Program-made: the position numbers and the translations under genes | Origin: an uncultured Rhodothermaceae bacterium | GTDB taxonomy: Bacteria; Bacteroidota; Rhodothermia; Rhodothermales; JAHQVL01 | DNA length: 64,000 bases | Direction: 5' to 3' | NCBI GenBank assembly: GCA_964525535.1 | Contig: CAZGHT010000015.1 | Location: 15,140-79,139, forward strand | Part shown: in pieces, positions 9,013-18,400 of the stretch | How the letters are laid out: every line of letters starts with the position of its first letter | Position numbering within the stretch: the stretch's first letter is position 1 | The notes under the pieces: model-generated | Told to the model about the DNA's origin: nothing | Database searches by the model: none | What the model saw: only the letters and a program-made list of their open reading frames with translations

Positions 9013-10548
9013 TTACGAGTACTCCTTCAAGGCGCCCGATTTTAATCGCTTGACCATCCAATGATTGGCGAGAATCAGGATCAGCATCACGAGTCCCCAC
9101 TGGGCGACGCATGTCATCACGCTATAATTATCGAAGGGGTCGTACCACGTGTCGGGCGCATAAACGGTAGCAGATTGATAGAGCCACCAGAAGAGTAAAA
9201 CAATGGCCTGCAAGGGGATGAGGTATCTGAGCGTGAAGTCCCATCGCTTGCTGACGCCCCAGTCACCGGGGGTCGCGTTCACCTCCTCCCTGCGCAGGTA
9301 CCCGAGCCCGTACTTGATGGCGGCGAACGCGACGAGGGCGCCGGAGATCATGAGCGCTATCCCCCAGACGAAGTCCTGGTTGCCAAAGAAGTCGATATTC
9401 ACGGCGGAGGGGATGCCCATCAAAAAGCCGACGACACAAACGCCGAGCACCGCTTTCGATCGGCTGAGCCCCCCGTCCACGAAGATGCGCGTCGCGAGTT
9501 CAATCATCGAAATCAACGAGCTGAAGGCGGCAAAAGCGAGGCCGAGAAAGAAGAGTATGGCGATCCCGTTGCCGAGCGGCATCTGAGCGAAGAGCTGAGG
9601 CATCCAGATGAACGTCAATCCAGTAGCTGCAGGCCCACTCTCTTGCATGACCGAAAGCACCTCCTGGCGCTCCATCTGAGCGCCGAGGATGGCAAAGACG
9701 GCAGCGAAGATGGTGAGCGCAGCGAGCAGGGAGACGATGTTATTGCCCACACCAGTGATGATGGAGTTTTTGACGATGCCGTGATGGCGCTGCATGTACG
9801 CGCCGTAGGTGAGGATGAGCCCCCAGCCGGCCCCCGTATCCCAGGCATTCTGCGTCAGGGCGGCGAGCCAGAGGGAGGGATTTGCCAGAGACCCCCAGTT
9901 GGGGGTAAACAGGAACACAATCCCTTCGCCGGCGCCGTCCAGCGTGACGGCTCGAACGAGTCCGATCAACACGATCAGGAGCAGGGTGGGGATCAGCACT
10001 TTGTTGACACGCTCGATCGACGACACCCCCTTCCAGACGGCCAGGGCCCCCAGCCCCATCATCAGTCCATGAAACATGACCGGCTGCCCGCTGGCCTGAA
10101 ACGTATCCCAGACCGTCATAGCCTGCTCCGTGGTCAGCGGAGGAACGCCAGACCCTTCGGCGAAGGCCGTGAAGGTACGGATCATTTCGATGAAGTAGAA
10201 GACACACCACCCGGCAACAACCGCGTAATAAAACATGATGGCCGTTGCCACAAATCCGATGAAGGCGCCCATCCAGGCGTATCCTTCGCCCACAACTTTG
10301 GTGAAGGTCCCCACCAATCCCATGCGCCCTTTTCGCCCCAGCGCATACTCGGCGATGATCAACGGTATGCTCCAGACGACGAGAAAAACGACCCAGGCCA
10401 GCAGAAACGCTCCGGCGCCATCTTCACCTGCATTCTGAGCCGCGATGCGGGGAAAACGCCAGATGTTTCCCGTTCCAACAGCGATACCCAGCACACTGAG
10501 CAAAAGACCGAGTCGACTCGAAAATCGTTGTTCTGCGTGATTTGCCAT
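9013..10548 (-). CDS. Sodium-dependent transporter, neurotransmitter:sodium symporter (NSS/SNF) family
   Basis: N-terminal NSS signature: FSSRLGLLLSVLGIAVGTGNIWRFPRIAAQNAG..GAFLLAWVVFLVVWSIPLIIAEYALGR. Polytopic, 511 aa. Confidence 0.85.
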   Translation of the reverse strand: MANHAEQRFSSRLGLLLSVLGIAVGTGNIWRFPRIAAQNAGEDGAGAFLLAWVVFLVVWSIPLIIAEYALGRKGRMGLVGTFTKVVGEGYAWMGAFIGFVATAIMFYYAVVAGWCVFYFIEMIRTFTAFAEGSGVPPLTTEQAMTVWDTFQASGQPVMFHGLMMGLGALAVWKGVSSIERVNKVLIPTLLLIVLIGLVRAVTLDGAGEGIVFLFTPNWGSLANPSLWLAALTQNAWDTGAGWGLILTYGAYMQRHHGIVKNSIITGVGNNIVSLLAALTIFAAVFAILGAQMERQEVLSVMQESGPAATGLTFIWMPQLFAQMPLGNGIAILFFLGLAFAAFSSLISMIELATRIFVDGGLSRSKAVLGVCVVGFLMGIPSAVNIDFFGNQDFVWGIALMISGALVAFAAIKYGLGYLRREEVNATPGDWGVSKRWDFTLRYLIPLQAIVLLFWWLYQSATVYAPDTWYDPFDNYSVMTCVAQWGLVMLILILANHWMVKRLKSGALKEYS

Positions 10549-10703
10549 GATTCCCCGATGGGTGCGCGTCGTCTAGTATTGAAGGAGTCCCCAACATTAG
10601 CCCCTTTTTAGGAGAGGTGCAAGTCCCAGGCTACCGATAGAGAGAATATCTGCTATGCCCTGCTGCAACCCTGTCGAACGGTGACGAGTATCTGTTCTCA
10701 GTT

Positions 10704-10801
10704 CATCAGTGAGGGTACGCGAATGTGCACAGCAGGCTTGTTTACGCGGCTTTGCACGTGTGCAAAGCCGCTCTGACAGGACCTACGCGCATCCGGCGCG
10801 T
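10704..10801 (+). repeat. Copy of the interspersed palindromic repeat family (short form)
   Basis: GGTACGCGAATGTGCACAGCAGGCTTGTTTACGCGGCTTTGCAcgtgTGCAAAGCCGCTCTGACAGGACCTACGCGCATCCGGCGCGTACCATCTGTT. It is near-identical in blocks to 31467-31568. It accounts for the spurious N-terminal extension of track ORF 10709-11824. Confidence 0.85.
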
Positions 10802-10831
10802 ACCATCTGTTCATCACCGAACCCTATCCAA

Positions 10832-11824
10832 ATGGCCCTCAGTATAATGCCAAGAGAAATCAAGCTGATCAAGAACAGGTCGGATATAGGAGCAGGTACC
10901 CGGGGATCGGACCTGGGTATCGACGCCATCGAGGTTGCCGCCATCAACCGGGAAAGTTTCTTTTTCAACCATTTTGCCTACGAGGACCTGCGAACGCACA
11001 ACGAGACGGTTTACGACAAGGTCCATACGACGTTTGCGAAACGAATCGGTCACGTGCTCGAACAATGCGTTCGCGTGTGTGAATCCGTCCATCGATCGTT
11101 GTCGAATGGATTTTTCCCGCTGGTCCTCTCGGGGGACCATTCTTCCGCCCTGGGAACCGTCAGCGGAATCAAAGCCCAGTTTCCCGAGCAGATACTCGGC
11201 ATTGTATGGATCGACGCCCATGCAGACCTTCACTCTCCCTACACGTCCCCCTCGGGCAACGTACACGGGATGCCACTGGCCGCCGCGCTCGGCGAGGACA
11301 ACCGGGAAAACCAGGTCAATCCGGTGTCCGGCGACACACTCTTGCACTGGATGGCTATGAAAAATATGGGCGTCATCGGCCCCAAACTGATGCCGACCCA
11401 CCTCCTTTACTTTGGTGTCCGGGACACCGAACCGGCCGAACAACTAAAAATGGAAGCTCTCGGCATCCGCAACTACACCGTGGAAGAGATCCGATACCGG
11501 GGCGTTTCGGTCTGTATGGACGAAGCCGTGAGCACACTCGAACGCTGCGACATGTTGTACATCTCATTCGATGTGGATAGTCTGGATTGCAACATGATCT
11601 CTCACGGCACGGGTACGCCGGTGCCCAAAGGGTTCGACCAGTACGAAGTCATGTCCATCATCGATGGGGTGATCAAGACGGGCAAGGTCGTATGTATGGA
11701 AATTGCAGAAGTCAACCCGCTGCTGGATACCCGCGGCAACAAGATGGCAGAAACAGCCTTTGAGGTCCTCGAAGGCACAGTAGCCTCTTTGCAGTCTCGG
11801 GACGAACTCGTGGGCCGGCTGTGA
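10832..11824 (+). CDS. Arginase-family metallohydrolase (arginase/agmatinase/formiminoglutamase superfamily)
   Basis: Mn-binding motifs: LSGDHSSALG, WIDAHADLHSP, SFDVDSLD. I placed the start at the ATG at 10832 (MALSIMPREIKL; alternative 10847) because upstream codons lie inside the repeat element. Confidence 0.85.
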   Translation: MALSIMPREIKLIKNRSDIGAGTRGSDLGIDAIEVAAINRESFFFNHFAYEDLRTHNETVYDKVHTTFAKRIGHVLEQCVRVCESVHRSLSNGFFPLVLSGDHSSALGTVSGIKAQFPEQILGIVWIDAHADLHSPYTSPSGNVHGMPLAAALGEDNRENQVNPVSGDTLLHWMAMKNMGVIGPKLMPTHLLYFGVRDTEPAEQLKMEALGIRNYTVEEIRYRGVSVCMDEAVSTLERCDMLYISFDVDSLDCNMISHGTGTPVPKGFDQYEVMSIIDGVIKTGKVVCMEIAEVNPLLDTRGNKMAETAFEVLEGTVASLQSRDELVGRL

Positions 11825-11841
11825 TCGCCCCCGGGATACCC

Positions 11842-14301
11842 CTACAATGCGCCGATCGGGGAGAACCGGGTCGTGGACCGCATGTCGCTATCGGACATTT
11901 CCCGGGGAGACCCGGGCTTGGACAGATCGTAATAGCCAAAGGCTCGATACGTATCGATATGCAGGTCGTAAAGGGGGCTGAAGGGATTGCCGCTCTGGCC
12001 TCCCGGATAGACGCCGTACCCGCGAGGAGGCTGCGATGAAAAATCAACGACCATGCGCCAGCTGGCGCTGTGCGTCGTTTCCCGGTCGGCAGCGGGAGAG
12101 AGCGTCTCCTCAAAGCCGGGATACTCGTACGGGCCCCGCCACAAGGCCTTCAGGGCCTCCGACCGGGTATAGTGCTTGAACACTACTTTACGGTGTTCCC
12201 CCCACCGCCAGCCTGCTTTATCCCATCCATAGGACTCGTCCAGCGTTGAAACGGTTTTGTCCAGCACATGACGGAACACGGCCTCAGCGTCTTCGATTTC
12301 CGGCGTGCCCTGGATATCGAGCCATTCGGGCGATAGGGCGCCCGTCAATGCCGCGTATGACCGGGATTCACTGGGAGGCTTAAGCCCGTCGAATACGGCC
12401 TCGTCCCATATCGTTTCGTTCAGATGGTCCAGGAACAGTTCAAACACGAGAGGCTCCACCCGGTCGACGTCGGATTCTCCCTCCCAATGGCTCAACAGCG
12501 TCCTGATATGGTCCGCCCGTTCGCTGAGACCGCTGAGCGAATCGAGCAAAGGCACGAAGAGGTCTCTTTGCACCACGTAGATGTCGGCCTGGTATCGCTT
12601 GAGGTCCTCGAGGGTATGTTGTTCCTTGCCGCTCAAGAGGGCGTCGATGCGCAACGACCTGTAACTCGCCCCCCAGTCATACCCCTGGTAGTGCGGGTAC
12701 GTAGAATCCGCCGGCTGCTGGTTGGTCGAGGCCAGGTACCCCCGGGGGGGATTGAAAGAAAACGGCAGTTCGTCGAAGGGCACCCGGCCGATCCATTCGA
12801 ACGCGTCCGTGGACCCGTCGAGCACGCCTATGCCATGACCTCCGCGCCGGATGGGAAGATACCCGGCGCTTCGTATAGCGATGTTGCCGTGCACATCCCC
12901 ATACACAACGTTTTGCATCGGAGTATCCCAGAAAGTCAGTGCTTCCTGGAACGCGTCCATCGACGAAGCGGTGTTCATTCTGGCGAGCGCCAGAAGGGTG
13001 CGGCTCGAATCGTGGGCGACCCATCGCGTCGAGACCGCCTCGGTCCCATCGATACGAGTGGGGCCCCAGCGAGAGAAAAACAACGTATCGACGATAGCAG
13101 GTTGCCCTTTGACATGCAGGGTGTCGATGCGGGCTTCGAGGTCGTGATAAGCGCCCTCGAACAGGTATCGCCGCCCGGACGGATCGAGCTTCAACCTGAA
13201 CTGATCGATCTGGTCGGTACCGGAGTTGGTGAAGGCCCACCCTACGTAGTCGTTATATCCCTCGACGATCAGAGGAGCCCCGGGGATCGTCACGCCGTAT
13301 GTGTTCATCGAGGGAGTCACCATGTGCGCTTCGTACCAGATCGAGGGCAGCCAGAGCGACAGGTGCATGTCGCCGGCAAGAATTGGCGATCCGGTTTCCG
13401 ATCGCCCGGGACCAACCACCCAGTTATTCGATCCTTTACCTTCCTTGAACCCTTCAACGAGGGCTCCCATAGCGATGGGAGCCTGCCGGAACGAATCCGG
13501 TAGGGCAGACCGGTGGGACGAAGAGCGGATCTGCGAAAACGTAGGGCGTTTTTCCTGGGATAGGATCTGCCCTCCCCGTTCCGGAATGATCGGCACGTAA
13601 AGCGTCTGATAAAGCGGATACAGATCTCGAAATGAATCAGGGCCCAGGCGATCGATCAGGGCAGTGTATATTTCGTCATTAGACTCGTAGGTGAGATCGT
13701 ACGCCATGTATTGCATGACCCGAATGACGTGCATGTCAGTGATGGGTTCGGGCGCATACCCCAACAATCTGAATTCGAAAGGCAGATCCCTCGGGTCCAT
13801 CGAACGAACATAGGCATTCATACCGTCGACGTAAGCGCGGATCAGGTCGTATTCTTCACCGGACTGTTCTTGGATCCGTCTCAAGTTGGCTTCAGCCCCC
13901 CAATCCATACCGGTTCGCCGCAGAAAGCGATCCGTTTCGATGAGGGAGGGGCCCAGCACCTCGGACAACCGCCCGGATGCAACGCGCGAGATGAAGTCCA
14001 CCTGAAAAAGACGGTCCCGGGCGACGGCATATCCCAGGGCAAATGAGGCATCCAGCTCGTTGTCGGCGAAGATATGGGGAACCCCCCTGCGATCACGAAC
14101 GAGCTGGACGTCGTCGCGAATGCCGTTTACGGATCGCTCCGCAGGCGGAGCCTGCAGTGAGCTTCGAGCGGTGTAGTACAGGCCGTCTACAGGATCCAAT
14201 AGATGCCCCAGGGGAGGCAGGGGTCCCCAGAATCGTTGGAGCGCAAAGATGTACACCCCGGCGAGGGCAACGAAGACCAATAGCAGAAAGAATCGTTTCA
14301 T
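11842..14301 (-). CDS. Penicillin acylase / acyl-homoserine-lactone acylase family Ntn-hydrolase (819 aa)
   Basis: N-terminal signal anchor. The GKGSNNWVVGP motif carries the nucleophile Ser of the beta-chain N-terminus. Size and overall pattern are typical of the PvdQ/QuiP/PGA family. Confidence 0.8.
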   Translation of the reverse strand: MKRFFLLLVFVALAGVYIFALQRFWGPLPPLGHLLDPVDGLYYTARSSLQAPPAERSVNGIRDDVQLVRDRRGVPHIFADNELDASFALGYAVARDRLFQVDFISRVASGRLSEVLGPSLIETDRFLRRTGMDWGAEANLRRIQEQSGEEYDLIRAYVDGMNAYVRSMDPRDLPFEFRLLGYAPEPITDMHVIRVMQYMAYDLTYESNDEIYTALIDRLGPDSFRDLYPLYQTLYVPIIPERGGQILSQEKRPTFSQIRSSSHRSALPDSFRQAPIAMGALVEGFKEGKGSNNWVVGPGRSETGSPILAGDMHLSLWLPSIWYEAHMVTPSMNTYGVTIPGAPLIVEGYNDYVGWAFTNSGTDQIDQFRLKLDPSGRRYLFEGAYHDLEARIDTLHVKGQPAIVDTLFFSRWGPTRIDGTEAVSTRWVAHDSSRTLLALARMNTASSMDAFQEALTFWDTPMQNVVYGDVHGNIAIRSAGYLPIRRGGHGIGVLDGSTDAFEWIGRVPFDELPFSFNPPRGYLASTNQQPADSTYPHYQGYDWGASYRSLRIDALLSGKEQHTLEDLKRYQADIYVVQRDLFVPLLDSLSGLSERADHIRTLLSHWEGESDVDRVEPLVFELFLDHLNETIWDEAVFDGLKPPSESRSYAALTGALSPEWLDIQGTPEIEDAEAVFRHVLDKTVSTLDESYGWDKAGWRWGEHRKVVFKHYTRSEALKALWRGPYEYPGFEETLSPAADRETTHSASWRMVVDFSSQPPRGYGVYPGGQSGNPFSPLYDLHIDTYRAFGYYDLSKPGSPREMSDSDMRSTTRFSPIGAL

Positions 14302-14343
14302 ACCTGTCCCGAGAAGTCGTACTACATCGGGGTAAGGTACGAT

Positions 14344-15177
14344 TCAGCGGTCTTCGTATTCAACCTTATTCGTGTAGTTGAACCCTTTTTGGCCGGCCCC
14401 ATCCTGGCTGTTTTTCACCGTGGACTTCTTGATCGATTCTATGATGGCAGAAATCTTTTCGAAACTCAGCCTTCGTGTTTTGTTCTTACGATCCAATTCG
14501 GCCGGCCTGACCCGCTGAACCGGGGTCGAAGCGTTATCCGCCGGCTCGCCACGAGTGCCCGAAGGCTCGCTCGTCTCCTCGTGCTCCATCTGATTGACCG
14601 AAACGCGTACTGCCTGAATTGAGGGCTCTTCTACTCGCTCCTCGGTCGCATCCTGCCCGGCCATGCCCTGCTCAGCAATATCCCGATCCTTTATTCCGTC
14701 ATCCGTCATATCCTGCTCAGTTGCAATGATGGCATCCACAACGCGCTTCACGTCATCGGTCACGTGATGGTTCAGAGAGGACAGGTAGTCGGATATGGAC
14801 GAAGCTGTTACTGGTTTCTGGGGCGATGTATCGAGGGGCTGCGTGAGCTCAGGCTCATCCTTTTGTTCCGCATCGTCATATTCTTTGTCGTATTCCGTAT
14901 CACTTTCCGTGCCGGGGGGCTCATTGTTCCGGATGGCGCCTTTTTCTTCCGCCTGTTCGGGCGCTTCCGCATCGGAACCCGATGAAGCTCCAGCGCCGGA
15001 CGGACCGGCCGGCTCTGTCCCGGCAACGGCGCGTTTGAGAATGAGATCGGGCTCGCCTTTTTCGCGGCGCGCACCGTCGTTGCCGAAGATGATGAGTTCG
15101 TACAAGGGTTCGGACGAAGGGGAATCTTCCTGATTTCGCACGGGATACAAGTCTTTATAGCGAATAGCCATGAGCAT
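14344..15177 (-). CDS. Hypothetical protein, highly acidic and low-complexity (predicted disordered)
   Basis: 277-aa ORF co-directional with and 42 nt upstream of the acylase gene. Rich in E/D/S/P/T. No recognisable motif. No competing ORF is better. Confidence 0.5.
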   Translation of the reverse strand: MLMAIRYKDLYPVRNQEDSPSSEPLYELIIFGNDGARREKGEPDLILKRAVAGTEPAGPSGAGASSGSDAEAPEQAEEKGAIRNNEPPGTESDTEYDKEYDDAEQKDEPELTQPLDTSPQKPVTASSISDYLSSLNHHVTDDVKRVVDAIIATEQDMTDDGIKDRDIAEQGMAGQDATEERVEEPSIQAVRVSVNQMEHEETSEPSGTRGEPADNASTPVQRVRPAELDRKNKTRRLSFEKISAIIESIKKSTVKNSQDGAGQKGFNYTNKVEYEDR

Positions 15178-15343
15178 ATATTCTTAAACGCGTTCCTTAG
15201 AGATGATGTTCAGGGGAAGGGATATGGGGAATTTTACAAAATTTATTCCCCTGTTTTCATAGATGTGTGAGCAATAGGGTATTCTGGCCATACGCCTTTG
15301 ACCCATAAATGATTTGTTGAACCGCACCGTAGCGAACATACCC

Positions 15344-15940
15344 ATGAATCTGAAATGCCCTTTGATTCTGGCATCCGCATCCCCGCGACGAAAAAAACTC
15401 CTGGAACAACTGGGCCTCTCTTTCACGGTGCATGCCAGTCATGTCGATGAGGATGCTCCGGCCGACGCTCCGGCCGAACACATCGTTCAGCACCTGTCGT
15501 CAAAGAAAGCGGCTGCGGTTGCGCCTCAATTCGCGGACGCCCTGACGCTTGCCGCCGACACCCTCGTCGTCCTCGATGGCGCCATTCTGGGGAAGCCGGC
15601 TGACGAAGACGAAGCGACCCGCATGCTGAAACGGCTCAGTGGCAGGCAGCACGAAGTATACACCGGCATAGCCTTGCATCACCCGGCAACCTCTCGCTAC
15701 CTCACTGCGTTCGAAACAACCCGCGTGACCTTTAGTTCGTTGTCTGAACGCGAGATCGCCGCCTACGTAGCCACACGCTCGCCCTTCGACAAAGCGGGCG
15801 GCTACGGCATACAGGACGACCAGGGAGCACTGTACGTCTCCGGCATCGAGGGCGACTACTACAATGTCGTCGGCCTCCCGCTAAACCGGCTGTATCAGAT
15901 GCTCAAGGTCCATTTCAGTGACTTGTTGATGTATGAGTAG
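15344..15940 (+). CDS. maf: Maf-like nucleoside-triphosphate pyrophosphatase (septum formation protein Maf)
   Basis: LILASASPRRKKLLEQLGL..., ..DKAGGYGIQD.., ..GDYYNVVGLPL. I chose the ATG at 15344. The track ORF begins at an upstream TTG (15314). Confidence 0.9.
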   Translation: MNLKCPLILASASPRRKKLLEQLGLSFTVHASHVDEDAPADAPAEHIVQHLSSKKAAAVAPQFADALTLAADTLVVLDGAILGKPADEDEATRMLKRLSGRQHEVYTGIALHHPATSRYLTAFETTRVTFSSLSEREIAAYVATRSPFDKAGGYGIQDDQGALYVSGIEGDYYNVVGLPLNRLYQMLKVHFSDLLMYE

Positions 15941-16007
15941 AAACGCAGAGGTTCAACACGGCAGGCATTTCACCGGCCCGTGAACCGGTTTTTGAACGAG
16001 AACGATC

Positions 16008-16751
16008 ATGGCCTCTTCAATCAAGGACGTCCGCATCCTGCTCATTCAGGCGCGGAAGGAAAAACATATATTGCGCCAGGAAGTGGACTGCTTCTCTGAG
16101 CGGTGCCGGATCCCGGCCGACCAGATCGTCCCCTACAACGTGATCGACGATGAAATCCGTACGATTCAACTGACGGACTACGAGGCGCTCATGATCGGAG
16201 GGTCGGGCGCTTTTTCGGCCGCTTCAGACTATCCCTGGATGGATGCACTGCTGGACCTCGTTCGAGCAGCCACAGATCAGTCGTTCCCGACCTTTGGCTC
16301 TTGCTGGGGGCACCAAATCATCGCTCGGGCTCTGGGGGGCAGGGTGGCCTACGATCGTGAACGGACCGAAATGGGGTCCACCTGGATCACGCTGACCGGG
16401 GCCGGCCGGCAGGATGAGCTGTTCCATTACCTCCCCGACCGGTTCAGAGCCAATTCGGGCCATCACGACAGAGTCACCATCCTGCCCGAGGACGCAATCG
16501 ATCTGGCCGTGAGCGACACCCAGCCGCATCAAGCGTTTCGTATCAAGAACAAGCCGATCTACGGCACCCAATTCCATAGCGAACTCAATGCTGAACGCGA
16601 AAAAGAACGCCTCATCGAATATCGCCCCTACTATACCGAAGTAGAAACGGATCGAGAATTTCAGGCTATCATAGATGGCCTCCAGCCTACCACAGAAGTT
16701 GACGGGCTTCTGCACGCCTTCCTCGACCGATTCGTTTTGACCTACGCATAG
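16008..16751 (+). CDS. Class I glutamine amidotransferase-like protein (GATase1 domain)
   Basis: Catalytic Cys motif FGSCWGHQIIARALGG and His motif YGTQFHSE. Confidence 0.8.
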   Translation: MASSIKDVRILLIQARKEKHILRQEVDCFSERCRIPADQIVPYNVIDDEIRTIQLTDYEALMIGGSGAFSAASDYPWMDALLDLVRAATDQSFPTFGSCWGHQIIARALGGRVAYDRERTEMGSTWITLTGAGRQDELFHYLPDRFRANSGHHDRVTILPEDAIDLAVSDTQPHQAFRIKNKPIYGTQFHSELNAEREKERLIEYRPYYTEVETDREFQAIIDGLQPTTEVDGLLHAFLDRFVLTYA

Positions 16752-16898
16752 TTTGACAGGCGTAGTTTGACAGGCGTAGTTTGACAGGCGTAGTTTGAGC
16801 TGTACAGACCGACCTGTTCACAGTGTTTGACAGGCGTAGTTTGACAGGCGTAGTTTGACAGGCGTAGTTTGAGCTGTACAGACCGACCTGTTCACAGT
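16751..16898. repeat. Nested perfect tandem repeat: 2 x 74 bp, each unit = 3 x GTTTGACAGGCGTA (14 bp) + GTTTGAGCTGTACAGACCGACCTGTTCACAGT (32 bp)
   Basis: Read directly. 14-mers start at 16751, 16765, 16779, 16825, 16839 and 16853. 32-mers lie at 16793-16824 and 16867-16898. The first unit begins on the last base (G) of the GATase stop codon TAG (16749-16751). Confidence 0.95.
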
Positions 16899-17040
16899 TC
16901 GCGTACCATCACCTATTTACAGCAGAACAGCGTCTCTCATCCAAAGATTTAGGGGTAGGGTAACAACTTATTGCCTCTTCTGGCGTTTCTTAGTATGAAT
17001 TAATTGCACGATCTCACGTAATCGGTCTACGCTAATTACG

Positions 17041-17170
17041 GATGTTACGCATCTGTGCGTTATCGTTTTGCCCGTACGGCTTTGAAAAGGCTGAAACAGA
17101 CGGAAATCGACTGCGAGGCCTTATTTCAAAGCCGGGAGAATGGGTTGCTGTGCACAACCTGCATAACATC
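17041..17170 (-). repeat. Copy of the interspersed palindromic repeat family. Long variant with a GGCTTTGAA...TTCAAAGCC core.
   Basis: GATGTTACGCATCTGTGCGTTATCGTTTTGCCCGTACGGCTTTGAA...TTCAAAGCCGGGAGAATGGGTTGCTGTGCACAACCTGCATAACATC. It aligns block-for-block with 31580-31705. Its right end is the reverse complement of the family left end. Confidence 0.8.
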
Positions 17171-17184
17171 ACTTAATTCCTCGT

Positions 17185-17296
17185 GTTACGCGCCGGATGC
17201 GCATAGGTCCTGCCAGAGCGGCTTTGCAGGTTTGTAATGTCGTACGTTTGTAATGTCTCGCGAACCAGACTGCTGTGTCCGGTTCGCGCAACATCC
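17185..17296 (-). repeat. Copy of the interspersed palindromic repeat family. One central arm is replaced by an insert holding TTTGTAATGTC twice.
   Basis: Plus strand: GTTACGCGCCGGATGCGCATAGGTCCTGCCAGAGCGGCTTTGCA...AACCAGACTGCTGTGTCCGGTTCGCGCAACATCC. This is the reverse complement of the family consensus ends. Confidence 0.8.
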
Positions 17297-17323
17297 ATTA
17301 ATTAGCTGCCTTAATTTCGACTT

Positions 17324-18400
17324 TTGTCCGTTTACACCACACCACCTCCTTACGCCCGACTGATCACCGTATTGCTTAGCATCTTGACGATGTTCGTCAT
17401 CGGCGTCGTGCTCATCGAGTTGAAGGTCGTGCTCCTGCCGTTCGTAATCGCAGCGCTTTTTTCCGTTCTCCTCCAGCCTATTGTCCGGTATCTTCGATCC
17501 AAGCGATTGCCGAGTGTGCTGGCTATGTTTCTGGTCCTTGTCAGTTTATCCTTATTCGGCTTTCTATTCTGGCTCATCCTGTCCTCAACAGTCAATCAAT
17601 TCCTGGACGTGTTACCCGAATACGAAGACAAATTCGACTCGCTGGTCGCAGATGGCCAACACGCCTTCAGGGAAGTAGGCCTGTTTTTCGGCCTTACCGA
17701 GGAAGAAATCGAGGTTCCTTTTACCTTCTCTACGATTACATCTACGGCGCGGGCCGGGCTGAATGCGATCCTGGGATTTCTGGGCAACGCCTTCCTGATC
17801 CTCATCTTTCTGCTGTTCATGTTGGTTGGCGCCGGACAAACGGAAGAAAAGGTGCGCATAGCGTTCCCCCCCCATCTGGCCGATCGCATCACCAAGGCGT
17901 GGCGTAACATTGGTATCCAGGTCCGCCAGTATCTGCTGACCAAGACGCTGGTGAGTTTCATGACCGGAGGGTTCACCTTTCTGGTTGTGTGGATTATGGG
18001 CATCGACTTTCCGCTGATCTGGGCATTTTTGACCTTTCTGCTCAACTTCATCCCCAATATCGGCTCCACCGTTGCTGTGATATTGCCGTCCCTCTTATCG
18101 CTCCTCCAGTTCGACAACCTCCTGACCCCTCTGCTCGCGTTTTTGTTGATGACCAGCATTCAGATGACGATCGGCAATATCGTCGAACCACGCATGATGG
18201 GATTCAGCTTGAATATCAGCCCGTTGATCGTGCTGCTTTCCCTCATCTTCTGGGGCTGGTTATGGGGGGCGTGGGGTATGATTCTGGCTGTGCCGCTGAC
18301 GGCCACCATCAAGATTATTTTCGAAAACATAGAGACCCTCCGCCCCTTTGCCGTGCTGATCAGCGGCAGTTCAGCCAAAGATCAAGCCTCCGATGCGTGA
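17324..18400 (+). CDS. AI-2E family transporter (PerM/UPF0118 permease)
   Basis: Polytopic membrane protein with the family-typical LNFIPNIGS motif. The track start is a TTG at 17324. The first ATG is at 17390, so the start is uncertain. Confidence 0.8.
   Translation: MSVYTTPPPYARLITVLLSILTMFVIGVVLIELKVVLLPFVIAALFSVLLQPIVRYLRSKRLPSVLAMFLVLVSLSLFGFLFWLILSSTVNQFLDVLPEYEDKFDSLVADGQHAFREVGLFFGLTEEEIEVPFTFSTITSTARAGLNAILGFLGNAFLILIFLLFMLVGAGQTEEKVRIAFPPHLADRITKAWRNIGIQVRQYLLTKTLVSFMTGGFTFLVVWIMGIDFPLIWAFLTFLLNFIPNIGSTVAVILPSLLSLLQFDNLLTPLLAFLLMTSIQMTIGNIVEPRMMGFSLNISPLIVLLSLIFWGWLWGAWGMILAVPLTATIKIIFENIETLRPFAVLISGSSAKDQASDA

Noticed and set aside
10549-10703. A possible riboswitch in the NSS-transporter / arginase intergenic region, prompted by a GGAGAG...CTACCG string reminiscent of the glycine riboswitch.
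   Set aside because: The string is on the wrong strand for the transporter. It lacks the rest of the glycine-aptamer consensus, and I could not fold a convincing aptamer by eye.
9643-13503. Plus-strand ORFs 9643-10611 and 12424-13503.
   Set aside because: They are antisense to the NSS transporter and penicillin-acylase genes. They have no motifs and an Arg/Gly/Pro-rich composition.
16751-16898. The tandem array as a possible CRISPR array.
   Set aside because: The units are 14 bp and directly abutting with no unique spacers. The higher-order 74-bp unit is an exact duplication. No cas genes are present.
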